64,000 bases of DNA from a virus (lineage: Duplodnaviria; Caudoviricetes). The stretch is taken from the IMG/VR virus record IMGVR_UViG_3300032301_000861, positions 3,744 through 67,743 of that record, one strand, 5' to 3'. The notes under the pieces were generated by a model. It was not told the DNA's origin. It was given only the letters and a program-made list of their open reading frames with translations, and made no database searches. The translations under genes and the position numbers were made by a program. Positions 63,695 to 64,000 of this stretch are shown piece after piece. The first letter of the stretch is position 1. Each line of letters opens with the position of its first letter.

Positions 63695-63933
63695 ACCAGA
63701 GATATATTCAAACAGGTCTAGCCCTGATTCTTATGGTAGCGGTACTGTCCCTGTTGGGAGCCGACCTAGACAGCCCGCATTCCTGGGCTGTTTGGTCTAT
63801 CCTAGCCCTAGCAGTGGTTCTAGAGTATTTGGCCTACATCCAAGGTATCAATCGGGGCATTGAAATGTACCTAACTCTTACACCAGAACAACAGCAAGAA
63901 ATCAATCGAATTATTCGGGACAACGAAGAATGA
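63691..63933 (+). CDS. Small two-TM membrane protein
   Basis: ATGA overlap; hydrophobic segments. Confidence 0.65.
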   Translation: MNQRYIQTGLALILMVAVLSLLGADLDSPHSWAVWSILALAVVLEYLAYIQGINRGIEMYLTLTPEQQQEINRIIRDNEE

Positions 63934-64000
63934 GTACCTGCGAGTGGAGAAGCGGCTGTGATCATCCAGCCCTAGAAGGCAAGAGTTACTGTGAAGAACA
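63930..64000 (+). CDS. Partial ORF with C..C...YC.EH zinc-finger-like start
   Basis: MSTCEWRSGCDHPALEGKSYCEE, truncated by window end. Confidence 0.5.
   Translation, partial: MSTCEWRSGCDHPALEGKSYCEE

Noticed and set aside
1-64000. Alternative genetic code or stop-codon readthrough
   Set aside because: Known proteins (ligase, MTase, IF-1, radical SAM) are full length in code 11 and coding density is high; the tRNA is not a suppressor

Overview
64 kb segment of a large tailed dsDNA phage, most likely a T4-superfamily-like myovirus (T4-type late promoters TA(TA)AATA, gp9/gp10-like N-terminus, ATP-dependent ligase, tRNA). Standard genetic code; no sign of stop-codon recoding. Layout: (1) 1-27.7 kb, minus strand, late virion module of modular fibres/adhesins plus small proteins with a shared MRAxEF..E leader; (2) 27.8-41.5 kb, small accessory genes, IF-1, PsiE, ligase, a DNA methyltransferase/PD-(D/E)XK nuclease pair, an ART-like protein and two SleB-type wall hydrolases; (3) 41.5-50.4 kb, glycosylation/modification cluster; (4) 50.35-51.5 kb, non-coding repeat- and palindrome-rich strand-switch region (origin or genome-end candidate); (5) 51.5-64 kb, plus strand, about 35 small early genes driven by 21 sigma70 promoters (14 share a near-identical 5' leader), with gene stop codons often supplied by the next promoter's -35 box. 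Top leads: the promoter-cassette array, a capsid-targeting-like leader on putative injected effectors, a temporally split R-M pair, a ubiquitin-like domain on a lectin protein, and an unannotated three-hairpin RNA. All family calls are by-eye motif recognition; no searches were run.
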